NCBI GenBank assembly: GCA_963621995.1 | Contig: CAVFFZ010000004.1 | Span: forward strand, 16,876 to 80,875 | Length of the DNA: 64,000 nucleotides | Reading direction: 5' to 3' | Origin: Lachnospiraceae bacterium | GTDB lineage: Bacteria; Bacillota; Clostridia; TANB77; CAG-508 | Shown here: positions 8,772 to 17,536 of the stretch, one piece after another | How positions within the stretch are numbered: position 1 is the stretch's first letter | Layout of the letters: every line of letters begins with the position of its first letter | Notes under the pieces: model-generated | Database searches by the model: none | What the model saw: only the letters and a program-made list of their open reading frames with translations | Told to the model about the DNA's origin: nothing | Program-made: the position numbers and the translations under genes

Positions 8772-9350
8772 TTACTTAAAATACTCATCCTTTAAAATAG
8801 AATAATATTTTATATCTATAAATTTGTTTTTTAAAAATTCTTTCTTCCTTAGAGTTCCCTCATATATAAGTCCATTTTTTTGCATTACCCTTTCAGAAGC
8901 TACATTCATTGAATCAAGCCTTGTTTCAATTCTCGTTAAATTCATTTCAGTAAATCCAAACTTGACTATTTCTTTTAAAGCTTCTGTCATTATTCCTTTA
9001 TTCCAATACTTTTTGTTAAGTACATAACCAATTTCAGCAGAAAAATTTTTTCTATCATATTGCACAAAATCAATGCTTCCAATCAGCTTAGAATTTTCCT
9101 TCCATTCAATTCCCCATGGTGCAATTTCATTTTTAGAATACTTTAGTAATACATTCTCAATATAATCTACAGCCATATCTATACTTTTATACGTATTCCA
9201 TGACAAGAATTGTGTAACCTCATTATCACTTGCATATTCATATAAATCATCAATATCACTTTTAGTAAATTTTCTAAGAATAAATCTTTTAGTTTCTATT
9301 TTGGGCAAATTAAAATTTTTTTCTTGTTTTAACATATCCACATAAACCAT
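8772..9350 (-). CDS. GNAT N-acetyltransferase (RimJ/RimL-like)
   Basis: 192 aa. TKRFILRKFTKSD...WNKGIMTEALKEIVKFGF is the typical RimJ/L-type acetyltransferase pattern. Confidence 0.75.
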   Translation of the reverse strand: MVYVDMLKQEKNFNLPKIETKRFILRKFTKSDIDDLYEYASDNEVTQFLSWNTYKSIDMAVDYIENVLLKYSKNEIAPWGIEWKENSKLIGSIDFVQYDRKNFSAEIGYVLNKKYWNKGIMTEALKEIVKFGFTEMNLTRIETRLDSMNVASERVMQKNGLIYEGTLRKKEFLKNKFIDIKYYSILKDEYFK

Positions 9351-9366
9351 CTTTTCACATATATTT

Positions 9367-10392
9367 CTAATTAAATAAATAATCTTTAATATGATTTTCT
9401 ACATTTGTATGTTCAATTAATTTTTGTAAGGTTGGCTGTTCTCCAATCATATCTACACCATTGAATATAGTATCTGTGTAAAATTCTCCTATAGAATTCG
9501 CAAAAATAACCCCCTTTGCACGAAAATCAACTTGATTCCTATAAACTCTTATTAACATTTCATTTTCTAATTCTTTATTTAATTCTTTTTCAAGTTTTTC
9601 TAATTTTTCATCAGAAACCTTTATTTCATCAAAAAAGTCCTTACATCTTTCTGAATAGTTCACAGGATAAAGTTGCCATTTTTCTATTTTATATTTACGT
9701 AAATATCTTCCAATTTCAATTATTGAGTCATAGTTTATTTTTGTAACCACCGTATGTACACTAACCCTTACATTGTTTTGCTTAAGTAATTCAATGTTTC
9801 TTTTTATTTTATTAATCTGATTTTCATCATAAGGTCTAACTTTATTTGAAATATCATTATCCATACTATCTATTGTTATTCTAACTGTAGTATTACTATT
9901 TTTTATCTTATCAATATATTTTTCTAAATTAGAAGTTGTACCATTTGTATCTATAACAATAGCACATTTACCATCTAATATGTCAATTATAGAACCAATT
10001 TCAGGACATAGTGTTGGCTCTCCTCCAGTTAATCCCACTGTTAGTGGTGATAATGTCAATATATGCTTTGCGGTTTCTTTTAGGAGTTCTCCATTTAATT
10101 TTGCAGGATTCATCTTATTATTAGCACAACAATAAATACAATCTAAATTGCATACATCTGAAACTAACCAATTTATTCTAAATGGATATTTAACTTTTAC
10201 ATTGGGTGAAATTGCATTTTTATTTTCTTCTAAAAATTTTTCAAATTTATTTTTTTCTAATTTTTCATTTTTTGAAAAATATTCTTTTAATTCAACTCCT
10301 TCATAAAATTTATAAATATTCTTTACTATATCATAAACTGTTATACCATTTAATTCTTCTCTTATAAATAATTCTTTATCAATATTATACAT
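9367..10392 (-). CDS. radical SAM enzyme
   Basis: CNLDCIYC (CX3CX2C) and GGEPTL motifs. There is no C-terminal SPASM cysteine cluster. Confidence 0.8.
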   Translation of the reverse strand: MYNIDKELFIREELNGITVYDIVKNIYKFYEGVELKEYFSKNEKLEKNKFEKFLEENKNAISPNVKVKYPFRINWLVSDVCNLDCIYCCANNKMNPAKLNGELLKETAKHILTLSPLTVGLTGGEPTLCPEIGSIIDILDGKCAIVIDTNGTTSNLEKYIDKIKNSNTTVRITIDSMDNDISNKVRPYDENQINKIKRNIELLKQNNVRVSVHTVVTKINYDSIIEIGRYLRKYKIEKWQLYPVNYSERCKDFFDEIKVSDEKLEKLEKELNKELENEMLIRVYRNQVDFRAKGVIFANSIGEFYTDTIFNGVDMIGEQPTLQKLIEHTNVENHIKDYLFN

Positions 10393-10406
10393 ATATATTC
10401 CCCTTT

Positions 10407-12083
10407 CTATTTTGTTTTATTTTCCATATACAAATTAATATACTTAACCAAATTACTAAACTCGCTTCTTTTTCCTGCTGATACTCTTATACATTCTCCT
10501 AAAAAATTAGGATATGATTTTTTTATATTTCTAATTATAATTCCATTTGTTTGAAGATACTCCGTTAAGTCATTAACATCAATCAAGTCATCAAATCTTA
10601 TTAAAATAAATCCTGTGTTTACATTTATTATTTCTTTTATATATTTTGAATTTAAATTTGAAATAAGATATGTAAAATTTTTCTGGATTTTATTTATTAA
10701 TTTTATATCATTAAATCTATTAAAATAATTTATCACAAATAATTCAGAAAATATATTAATAGAAAACAATATTCTAATTTTATTAATTTCTTTTGCATTA
10801 ACTTCGTTTGTAATAATAAAGCCACACCTTAAACCTGGCACTCCAAAAAATTTAGACACTGATGTAATAACTGATAAATTAATATTATTTATTGTTTCAT
10901 TAATTAATGTTCTTTCAGAATAGTCAGCATTAAATACAAGTTCTGTTTCATCTATTACAAAATGACAATTTTTATTTTTTCTAATAATTTTCAACAAATT
11001 TTCTCTATTTAAAGTATCTAATGTTGGATTATTAGGATTACATATAAATATCATATCTACATTTTTACTTAATTCATTAATTTTATCATATTCATAATAT
11101 CTATTATCTTTCAATGACATTTTTATAATGTCACAATTATTTCTTTTACATGCGCTTTCATATCCCCAAAAAGTTGGAGTAAAAACTCCAACTTTTTTTA
11201 TATTAAGTATTCTTAATAGATAATCAAATGCTTCTGTAGAACCATTAGTTACAATTGTAGTTTCTATTGGCACATTCAATTTATCTGATATTACTCTATT
11301 TACTTTATTTGATGTTGCAGAGGGATAAGTTTTTAATAAATTCACATTCGAGGCTAATTTAAATCTCATTTTTTTGTCAGGTAAATACGGATTTAAATTA
11401 TTACATAAAATTATTGTTTTTCTCTTTTTTTTATATCTATTTAATGCCTTCTTTATTTGTTTTATTAAATGCTTTTCCTTTTCAATACTATTGTTTTTAT
11501 ATCCCAAGAACATCTCACCTTCATTTCCAGTATTAGCATCGCAATAAAGGTTTCTTAGTATATTTTCTGGTGATAGATCATTTAAACTTGCATATTCAAT
11601 AATTGTATTAAGTATAAGATTCCAAGCTTTCTCTTCATATTTTTTAACAACTTTTTTGCAATTAATTGATATGTGTTTTGTTGTAAGTATATTTAATATT
11701 AGTCTTTTTCTCATTTCTTCTGATGTAAGAAATTCTTCTGTTTTCACAATTGGATTAATTGAAACTATACCTCTATTTACAAAGGGATTATCAATAATTG
11801 CGTCTTTTATATCTTGATACGATAATATTAATTTGTTTTCGTAAGGGACTTCTTTGTCAATTTTTAAATTATTTTCATGATGAAACTCTATAACTTTTTT
11901 AGTTATTTTTTCTTTATCTTCAGCACAAATATTATCACAAATGATGCATACATCCAAATCGCTTGAATTAGTATCTAAAATATTTGAACCATATATTATT
12001 ATTCCAAAATCCAGTTTTGGAAATTCATTATACATTTCAGTCTTAAATTTTAGGCATAAACTATTCACTTTATTTTCCTCCAT
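10407..12083 (-). CDS. nucleotidyltransferase / class I-II aminotransferase fusion protein
   Basis: N-terminus YGS...SSDLDVCII (Pol-beta NTase motif). C-terminal half has FICNPNNPT and SVSKFFGVPGLRCG (HisC/CobD-like PLP lysine region). Confidence 0.7.
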   Translation of the reverse strand: MEENKVNSLCLKFKTEMYNEFPKLDFGIIIYGSNILDTNSSDLDVCIICDNICAEDKEKITKKVIEFHHENNLKIDKEVPYENKLILSYQDIKDAIIDNPFVNRGIVSINPIVKTEEFLTSEEMRKRLILNILTTKHISINCKKVVKKYEEKAWNLILNTIIEYASLNDLSPENILRNLYCDANTGNEGEMFLGYKNNSIEKEKHLIKQIKKALNRYKKKRKTIILCNNLNPYLPDKKMRFKLASNVNLLKTYPSATSNKVNRVISDKLNVPIETTIVTNGSTEAFDYLLRILNIKKVGVFTPTFWGYESACKRNNCDIIKMSLKDNRYYEYDKINELSKNVDMIFICNPNNPTLDTLNRENLLKIIRKNKNCHFVIDETELVFNADYSERTLINETINNINLSVITSVSKFFGVPGLRCGFIITNEVNAKEINKIRILFSINIFSELFVINYFNRFNDIKLINKIQKNFTYLISNLNSKYIKEIINVNTGFILIRFDDLIDVNDLTEYLQTNGIIIRNIKKSYPNFLGECIRVSAGKRSEFSNLVKYINLYMENKTK

Positions 12084-13574
12084 CTAGTTCATTTTATTTA
12101 CAATTTCTTCTGCTTTTTTTCTGACATATGAAAGCATTTTTGTTATATCATTTTTCTGTATATTATCATTTCCTGACATATATCTTAATGGATAAACAAT
12201 TGTATCTTTTTTCAAAACGCCTAAATTATCTGGTATTGAAAATTGATGCAAATAATATATTTCTTCATTATCCATAACTTCTTTTATCTGCTTGTTTATA
12301 TTATTAAGTTCATCAATATTATATTTAATATCGTTTTTATTACCAACATACATAAATATAACTGAATTTATATTAATATCATTTAGCAGAACAAAATCAT
12401 TTGATTTGTTTATCTCATCTCCTAAAAAAATCGCCATTTCATGTCTTCGTTCTATTATATTTCCTATCTCTTTTATGCCTAAATTTTTCAATACAAACCA
12501 TGCTTTTAGAGATATCCAACTTTTCGAGCCTATAAATGGTGTGACTTGTCCAAATGCATATGGTTCTTGCATTATTAAATCAGATGTTGATGATATCATT
12601 TTTATCTTTTCTGGATCATTTATTAATAATGCACTTAATGTATATGGTATCATTAATACTTTATGAGGATCTGTTGAAATACTATCAAATAACTCTAATC
12701 CTTTTATCTTATTTTTTAATTTTTCACTAAAAGCAAGTGAAAATCCATGACATGCATCAGCATGTAACCAGATATTTTTATCTTCGCTTTTAACGACTTC
12801 GTAAACCCCTTGTAAATCTTCAATTGACATAGTTCTGCTGTCTCCTACATAGGCAACAACACACATTATTTTCCCCTTATTATCCTTTATTGTTTCTTTT
12901 AATTTTTCCAAGTCATATTTGAAATTATTTGTTTGAACTTCTATAATATTATTTCCACATCCTAACCACATACAACTACTTCTAATACTATAATGTCCTA
13001 TTCCCTTCGGAATAATTACCTTATAATCACTTGGATTTGTTACTCCTTTGCTCATTGTATTTTTTCTGTGGTTTTCTCTTGCTAAAAGCATAGCTGTTGC
13101 ATTACTTCCAGTACCTCCATATGTAATAATCCCTCCAACATCATATATATTTTTAATTGATTTAATATTATAACCTACTAATTCTCTTAGCCATTTAATT
13201 ACAGCTATCTCCATAAATGTTGCAATAGGTGCACAAAAACTTGAATTTATTAAGTTTTGTTGAAGTAAATCAGTGAAAATTGCACCGCTTAATCCTGCTA
13301 TTGAATTTCCTGCATCAGGAAATCCCATAAAATTAATGGTAGAAAAGTTTGAGCAATATGGTAAAATTTCTTCTTTGAATTTTTCTAGTAACTTATCTAA
13401 TTCAACACCTTTTATTGGTGTTTCCAAAAGCTCTTGCATTTGCTCCTCTGCAAATTTATTTTGAGCAAAGTTTTCTTGACACTTAAAATCTATTCCTATA
13501 TCTATTACTTTTTTTAGTTCTTCCTTTACTTCATCTTTATTTTTATTATTAAGTATATTATTCACCTCAAACAC
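12084..13574 (-). CDS. group II PLP-dependent amino-acid decarboxylase
   Basis: 496 aa. GGTGSNATA, HADACHG and STDPHK (PLP lysine) motifs. GTG start; abuts the next gene with no gap. Confidence 0.8.
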   Translation of the reverse strand: MFEVNNILNNKNKDEVKEELKKVIDIGIDFKCQENFAQNKFAEEQMQELLETPIKGVELDKLLEKFKEEILPYCSNFSTINFMGFPDAGNSIAGLSGAIFTDLLQQNLINSSFCAPIATFMEIAVIKWLRELVGYNIKSIKNIYDVGGIITYGGTGSNATAMLLARENHRKNTMSKGVTNPSDYKVIIPKGIGHYSIRSSCMWLGCGNNIIEVQTNNFKYDLEKLKETIKDNKGKIMCVVAYVGDSRTMSIEDLQGVYEVVKSEDKNIWLHADACHGFSLAFSEKLKNKIKGLELFDSISTDPHKVLMIPYTLSALLINDPEKIKMISSTSDLIMQEPYAFGQVTPFIGSKSWISLKAWFVLKNLGIKEIGNIIERRHEMAIFLGDEINKSNDFVLLNDININSVIFMYVGNKNDIKYNIDELNNINKQIKEVMDNEEIYYLHQFSIPDNLGVLKKDTIVYPLRYMSGNDNIQKNDITKMLSYVRKKAEEIVNKMN

Positions 13575-13662
13575 AATCTTTCTTTTTCATATATATAAAT
13601 AAAAGTAAAATTAGCTTTTATTTATACTATTTTACTTTTATTATTACCTATTTTTATTAATA

Positions 13663-15288
13663 TCAAATTCTCTCGAAAAGTATTTCTATATTGTCAAGGG
13701 ATATTTTTTCTTTTATTTGTATTTGATTCCATGATGGTTTTTCAATTTTTAAATATTCCCTTAATTTATTAGATGTTTGTGGCATTATTGGTTCAAGCAA
13801 ATTAGATAAATTAGCAATTACATTAGCACAAGTATAAATAGTATTATTAAATTCTTCCATATTTTCTTTCTTCTGTATCCATGGTTTTCTTTCATCATAA
13901 TACTTATTTCCTATCTCAATTAATTCAACTATTTTATTACATGCTTTTTTAAATTCCAGATTTTCTATATATTCAGAAACTATTTTATAAGTTTCCTCAA
14001 TTTTTTCAATCATCTGTTTATCCATAACACCTAAAGGAATTTCATCTAAGCCTTTAAATTTTAAAGTCCTATTTACAAAATTTCCAAATTTGTTGACCAA
14101 ATCAGAATTATGGACATTAACATAATTTTCTATTGTGAAATCCACATCTTTATTTTCTGGTCCATAAGCTATCATATAATATCTTAAAGAATCTACATCA
14201 TATTCTTCTACCATTTGTTGTATTGTTATACTATTTCCTTTACTTTTTGATATTTTTTCAGAATTTATATTCAAGTATTGTGTTGCAACCATTACATCTG
14301 GTAAATGAAATTTTTCTTCCATAGCCAACAATAATGATGGTAAGATTATAGTATGAAATGTTATATTATCTTTTCCATGACACATATACATTTTAATATT
14401 ATTATCTTCTTTCCAAAACTCTTCCCAATTTAAGCCTTTCTCTTCACAAATTTTTTGTGTTGCAGTAACATATCCTAATACAGCATCAATCCATACATAC
14501 ATTTTTTTATCTTCAAAACCTTCAATTGGAATATCAACACCCCAAGATAAGTCTCTTGTTACTGCTCTATCTTTCAACCCTTCTTTTAAATATTTTTCAG
14601 TTTCATTTATTGATGCAATTCGCCAATTTTTTCGGTTTTTTTTGGCATATTGTTCTATCTGATTTTGAAATTTTGATAATGCAATATATAAATGGATATT
14701 TTCTTTTTGTATAGTTTTATTTCCACATTCTCTACAAGTTGCTCCTATTAAATCATCTTCATTAGGGACATATCCACAATCACATTGATCTCCTTTTGTA
14801 ATTAACCCACAATTAGGACAAACTAATTCCAATTCTCTATCAGATTCAAATTTATCACAATGTTCACAATATGGTTGCATGTTCTTTTTAGGATAAATAT
14901 ACTTATTTTTGTACATTTTTAAAAACATTTCTTCTACATGTTTCTTATGATAATCATCGCAAGTTTTTGTATATATATCATAAGAAAAATTCATTTTTTC
15001 AAAAATATCTTTAAATTCATTATGATACTTTTCTGCAATATTTTTTGGCTCTATTTTCTCACGTTTAGCTCTTTCCGTAATAGGTGTTCCATGACAATCT
15101 GTTCCGGAAACATATAGTACATTATCATTTAATAACTCATGATATCTTTTTAGGAAATCTCCCGAAATTAATGCTGCTAGATGTCCTAGATGTAAAGAGC
15201 TATTTGCATAAGGCCAGGCCCCACCAATCAATACATTTCTTTTATTTTTCGTTTCACTTTCTTTAAAATAACATACCTCATTATCCAA
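13663..15288 (-). CDS. metG: methionyl-tRNA synthetase, short form without a C-terminal tRNA-binding domain
   Basis: HIGH motif (SLHLGH), KMSKS motif (KISKS), and CxxC knuckles (CEHCDK/CPNCG, CDCG/CRECG). The probable start is the TTG at 15288, 7 nt after GGGGGAGGG; the track ORF extends to 15306. Confidence 0.9.
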   Translation of the reverse strand: MDNEVCYFKESETKNKRNVLIGGAWPYANSSLHLGHLAALISGDFLKRYHELLNDNVLYVSGTDCHGTPITERAKREKIEPKNIAEKYHNEFKDIFEKMNFSYDIYTKTCDDYHKKHVEEMFLKMYKNKYIYPKKNMQPYCEHCDKFESDRELELVCPNCGLITKGDQCDCGYVPNEDDLIGATCRECGNKTIQKENIHLYIALSKFQNQIEQYAKKNRKNWRIASINETEKYLKEGLKDRAVTRDLSWGVDIPIEGFEDKKMYVWIDAVLGYVTATQKICEEKGLNWEEFWKEDNNIKMYMCHGKDNITFHTIILPSLLLAMEEKFHLPDVMVATQYLNINSEKISKSKGNSITIQQMVEEYDVDSLRYYMIAYGPENKDVDFTIENYVNVHNSDLVNKFGNFVNRTLKFKGLDEIPLGVMDKQMIEKIEETYKIVSEYIENLEFKKACNKIVELIEIGNKYYDERKPWIQKKENMEEFNNTIYTCANVIANLSNLLEPIMPQTSNKLREYLKIEKPSWNQIQIKEKISLDNIEILFERI

Positions 15289-15318
15289 TAAAAATCCCTC
15301 CCCCATTAAAATATGTTT

Positions 15319-15347
15319 ATAATATCATATTAATAGTATTTTGTCAA
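15319..15347 (-). promoter_or_regulatory. sigma-A promoter, TTGACA-17 nt-TATTAT, for the island MetRS
   Basis: Minus sense: TTGACA (15347-15342), a 17-nt spacer, TATTAT (15324-15319), about 20 nt upstream of the SD. Confidence 0.55.
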
Positions 15348-15688
15348 TTTTTTCCTGCCACTTTTTCAATTTAAATATTTTAGTTAGTTACTATTTACAC
15401 CTTTAAAATAATTTGCTAAAAACCATAGTATATATAATTTTTTTATTTAATAAATTATTATATTTTTTCTCTTAAAAATACTTTAACTTCATGTCTCTAT
15501 AGTTCTATTGTTTTTTAAACTCTCCTTTATCTTATCATCCTTGTAAATATCTCAATAAGTTTATCATAAATTGCCCATTTAAGGCAAGAATGCCCTATCT
15601 CTCAATAGTACCTCCCTACCTCAACATGCAAAAGTTGGAGATAGAAACTCTATAAATGCTTAAATATCTGTATTTACTCATTTTTAAA

Positions 15689-15739
15689 AGTGGGGAATTT
15701 TTTTCAAGATAAAATCTTTCAAAATTCCCTACTTTTTTG
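15689..15739. terminator. bidirectional intrinsic terminator inside the right end of the island
   Basis: AGTGGGGAATTTT-loop-AAAATTCCCTACT with T/A runs on both sides. It would stop read-through from the truncated ZIP gene. Confidence 0.6.
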
Positions 15740-15812
15740 TACTGTAAATTCATAAAAAATTTGAATTCAAATCATTTTATCTAGCATATTTAACTTGCTG
15801 TCTACTTTGTAA

Positions 15813-16271
15813 TCAACCTTCTGGTACGTCATGCAGGCATATTGCAATTGCCAGTGAATAACCTAATGTTATTGATGCTCCAAAGCCAGATCCTATTGCT
15901 AAGCCTTCCGGAAAATTATGAAGTGCTAAACCTATACTTACTATTATTCCCGTTTTTAATAAATTGCTTGTTGTATTTGTATTCATTTTATTTGTATTAA
16001 ACTTTTTTTGTACTAATACGTCACATATTATCATTATTATTATTCCTGCAATAATTCCCATAAGTACACTGAAAATGTTTGATATTTCCATTGCTTCTGG
16101 TATTAAATCAAAGCATATTATTGCTAACATTAGTCCTGAGGCAAATGCTAAAATAAAACTTAAAAATTTATTTGACTTTCTTTTGAAACATACTCCTATT
16201 ATTCCTCCTATTGTTGTTCCAAATGTCCCAAAAAATAAGCCTATTAATGTTGTTTTTAATATTTCATTCAA
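15813..16271 (-). pseudogene. ZIP-family zinc transporter, 5' fragment (split by the island)
   Basis: TM-rich sequence with HNFPEGLAIG and ...LHDVPEG, then a TGA supplied by the first bases of the island (GGT-TGA). Confidence 0.85.
15817..15825. repeat. 9-bp shared core CCTTCTGGT (right junction)
   Basis: Identical to 5435-5443. Confidence 0.8.
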
Positions 16272-16334
16272 ATTAAAACACTCCTTAAAATTAAACTTTT
16301 TATTAGTTTATTTTTAAGAAGTGTGATTTATTCG

Positions 16335-17396
16335 TTATTCTTCTTCACCTTTTAATTTTTCTGCTCTGTCTGCTGCTATTAAGTTATCTATCATTTCGTC
16401 TAAATTTCCATTTAAAAAATCTTCAAATTGATATACATTCATTCCTATTCTGTGGTCTGTTATACGTCCTTGTGGATAGTTATATGTACGTATTTTTTCA
16501 CTTCTGTCTCCACTACCTACTTGACTTTTTCTTTCATTTGCTATTTGACTATCTCTTTTTTGTTTTTCTATTTCATATAGTCTAGAACGAAGTAATCTCA
16601 TTGCATATTCTCTATTTTGTACTTGTGAACGTTCTGTTTGGCATTCTGCAACAACTCCTGTTGGAACGTGAATTAATCTTACTGCTGATGATGTTTTGTT
16701 TACGTGTTGTCCTCCAGCACCAGATGCTCTATAAACTTCCATTTTTATATCTGCTGGGTTTATATCTATTTCTACATCTGCTACTTCAGGAAGTACTGCT
16801 ACTGTTGCAGTTGAAGTATGTATTCTACCACTACTTTCTGTATCTGGCACACGTTGTACACGATGTACTCCACTTTCAAATTTCAGTCTACTATATGCTC
16901 CTTTTCCTGTAATCATAAAAGATATTTCTTTATATCCTCCAAGACCTGTTTCATTTTCATTTACTACTTCTAGTTTCCAGTGTTTTTTCTCTGCATACAT
17001 AGAATACATTCTAAATAGTGTTCCTGCAAATAGTGCTGCTTCTTCTCCACCAGCACCTCCACGTATTTCGCATATAACGTTTTTATCATCATCTGGATCT
17101 TTTGGAATTAAAAGTATTTTTAATTCTTCTTCTATTTTTGGCATAGCTTCTTTATTTGCAAGCATTTCTTCTTCAGCTAAATCTTTCATTTCTGGGTCAT
17201 TCATCATTTCTTTTGCTTCTTCATATGCTTGTTTTGCTTTTTTATATTCTCTGTATTTTTGTACTATTGGTTCTAATTCTGCATGTTCTTTCATATATTC
17301 GCGCCATTCGTTTGTTCTTGAAATTACTTCTGGATCGCTTATTTTTGTTGTTAATTCTTCATAACGTTTTTCTACCGTCTCTAATTTATCAAACAT
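16335..17396 (-). CDS. prfA: peptide chain release factor 1
   Basis: [11 protein letters not shown] (GGQ) and an RF1-type body, 353 aa. Confidence 0.9.
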   Translation of the reverse strand: MFDKLETVEKRYEELTTKISDPEVISRTNEWREYMKEHAELEPIVQKYREYKKAKQAYEEAKEMMNDPEMKDLAEEEMLANKEAMPKIEEELKILLIPKDPDDDKNVICEIRGGAGGEEAALFAGTLFRMYSMYAEKKHWKLEVVNENETGLGGYKEISFMITGKGAYSRLKFESGVHRVQRVPDTESSGRIHTSTATVAVLPEVADVEIDINPADIKMEVYRASGAGGQHVNKTSSAVRLIHVPTGVVAECQTERSQVQNREYAMRLLRSRLYEIEKQKRDSQIANERKSQVGSGDRSEKIRTYNYPQGRITDHRIGMNVYQFEDFLNGNLDEMIDNLIAADRAEKLKGEEE

Positions 17397-17463
17397 AAAT
17401 ATTCTCCTTTAAATTATATATTCTTTGGTATTATACTACATTTTATTACTTTATTCAATAGGG

Positions 17464-17486
17464 AAACCGCTGTTTAGCGGTTTTTC
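17464..17486. terminator. hairpin AAACCGCTGTTTAGCGGTTT plus T-run
   Basis: Lies between the yhaN-like gene and prfA. Confidence 0.45.
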
Positions 17487-17536
17487 AATTTCAATATAAT
17501 TATATTTTTATTCATTTACTTTTAATTAAAATAACA

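Larger units (their letters stand above)
5435..15825. mobile_element. about 10.4-kb serine-recombinase integrative island inserted in the ZIP transporter gene
   Basis: Split target gene, 9-bp core at both junctions, imperfect terminal inverted repeats (GGTTGACATCAAAGTAGGCAG versus GGTTGATTACAAAGTAGACAG), and the recombinase gene 60 bp from the left end. Confidence 0.8.

Noticed and set aside
13601-13639. Hairpin AAAAGTAAAAT...ATTTTACTTTT between the MetRS and the decarboxylase gene, considered as a full terminator separating two operons.
   Set aside because: It is an AT-only stem without a clear U-tail in the minus sense. At most it is a partial attenuator, so it is kept only as a note within the operon finding.
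15560-15660. Possible T-box leader upstream of the island MetRS (minus-sense GGTAGGGAGGTACTATTGAGAG resembles the GGGTGGTACCGCG T-box core, with an AUG nearby as a would-be specifier).
   Set aside because: The core is mismatched and no terminator/antiterminator pair follows it. A consensus promoter (15319-15347) lies downstream of it, only about 20 nt from the SD, so the stretch is probably not in the MetRS transcript.
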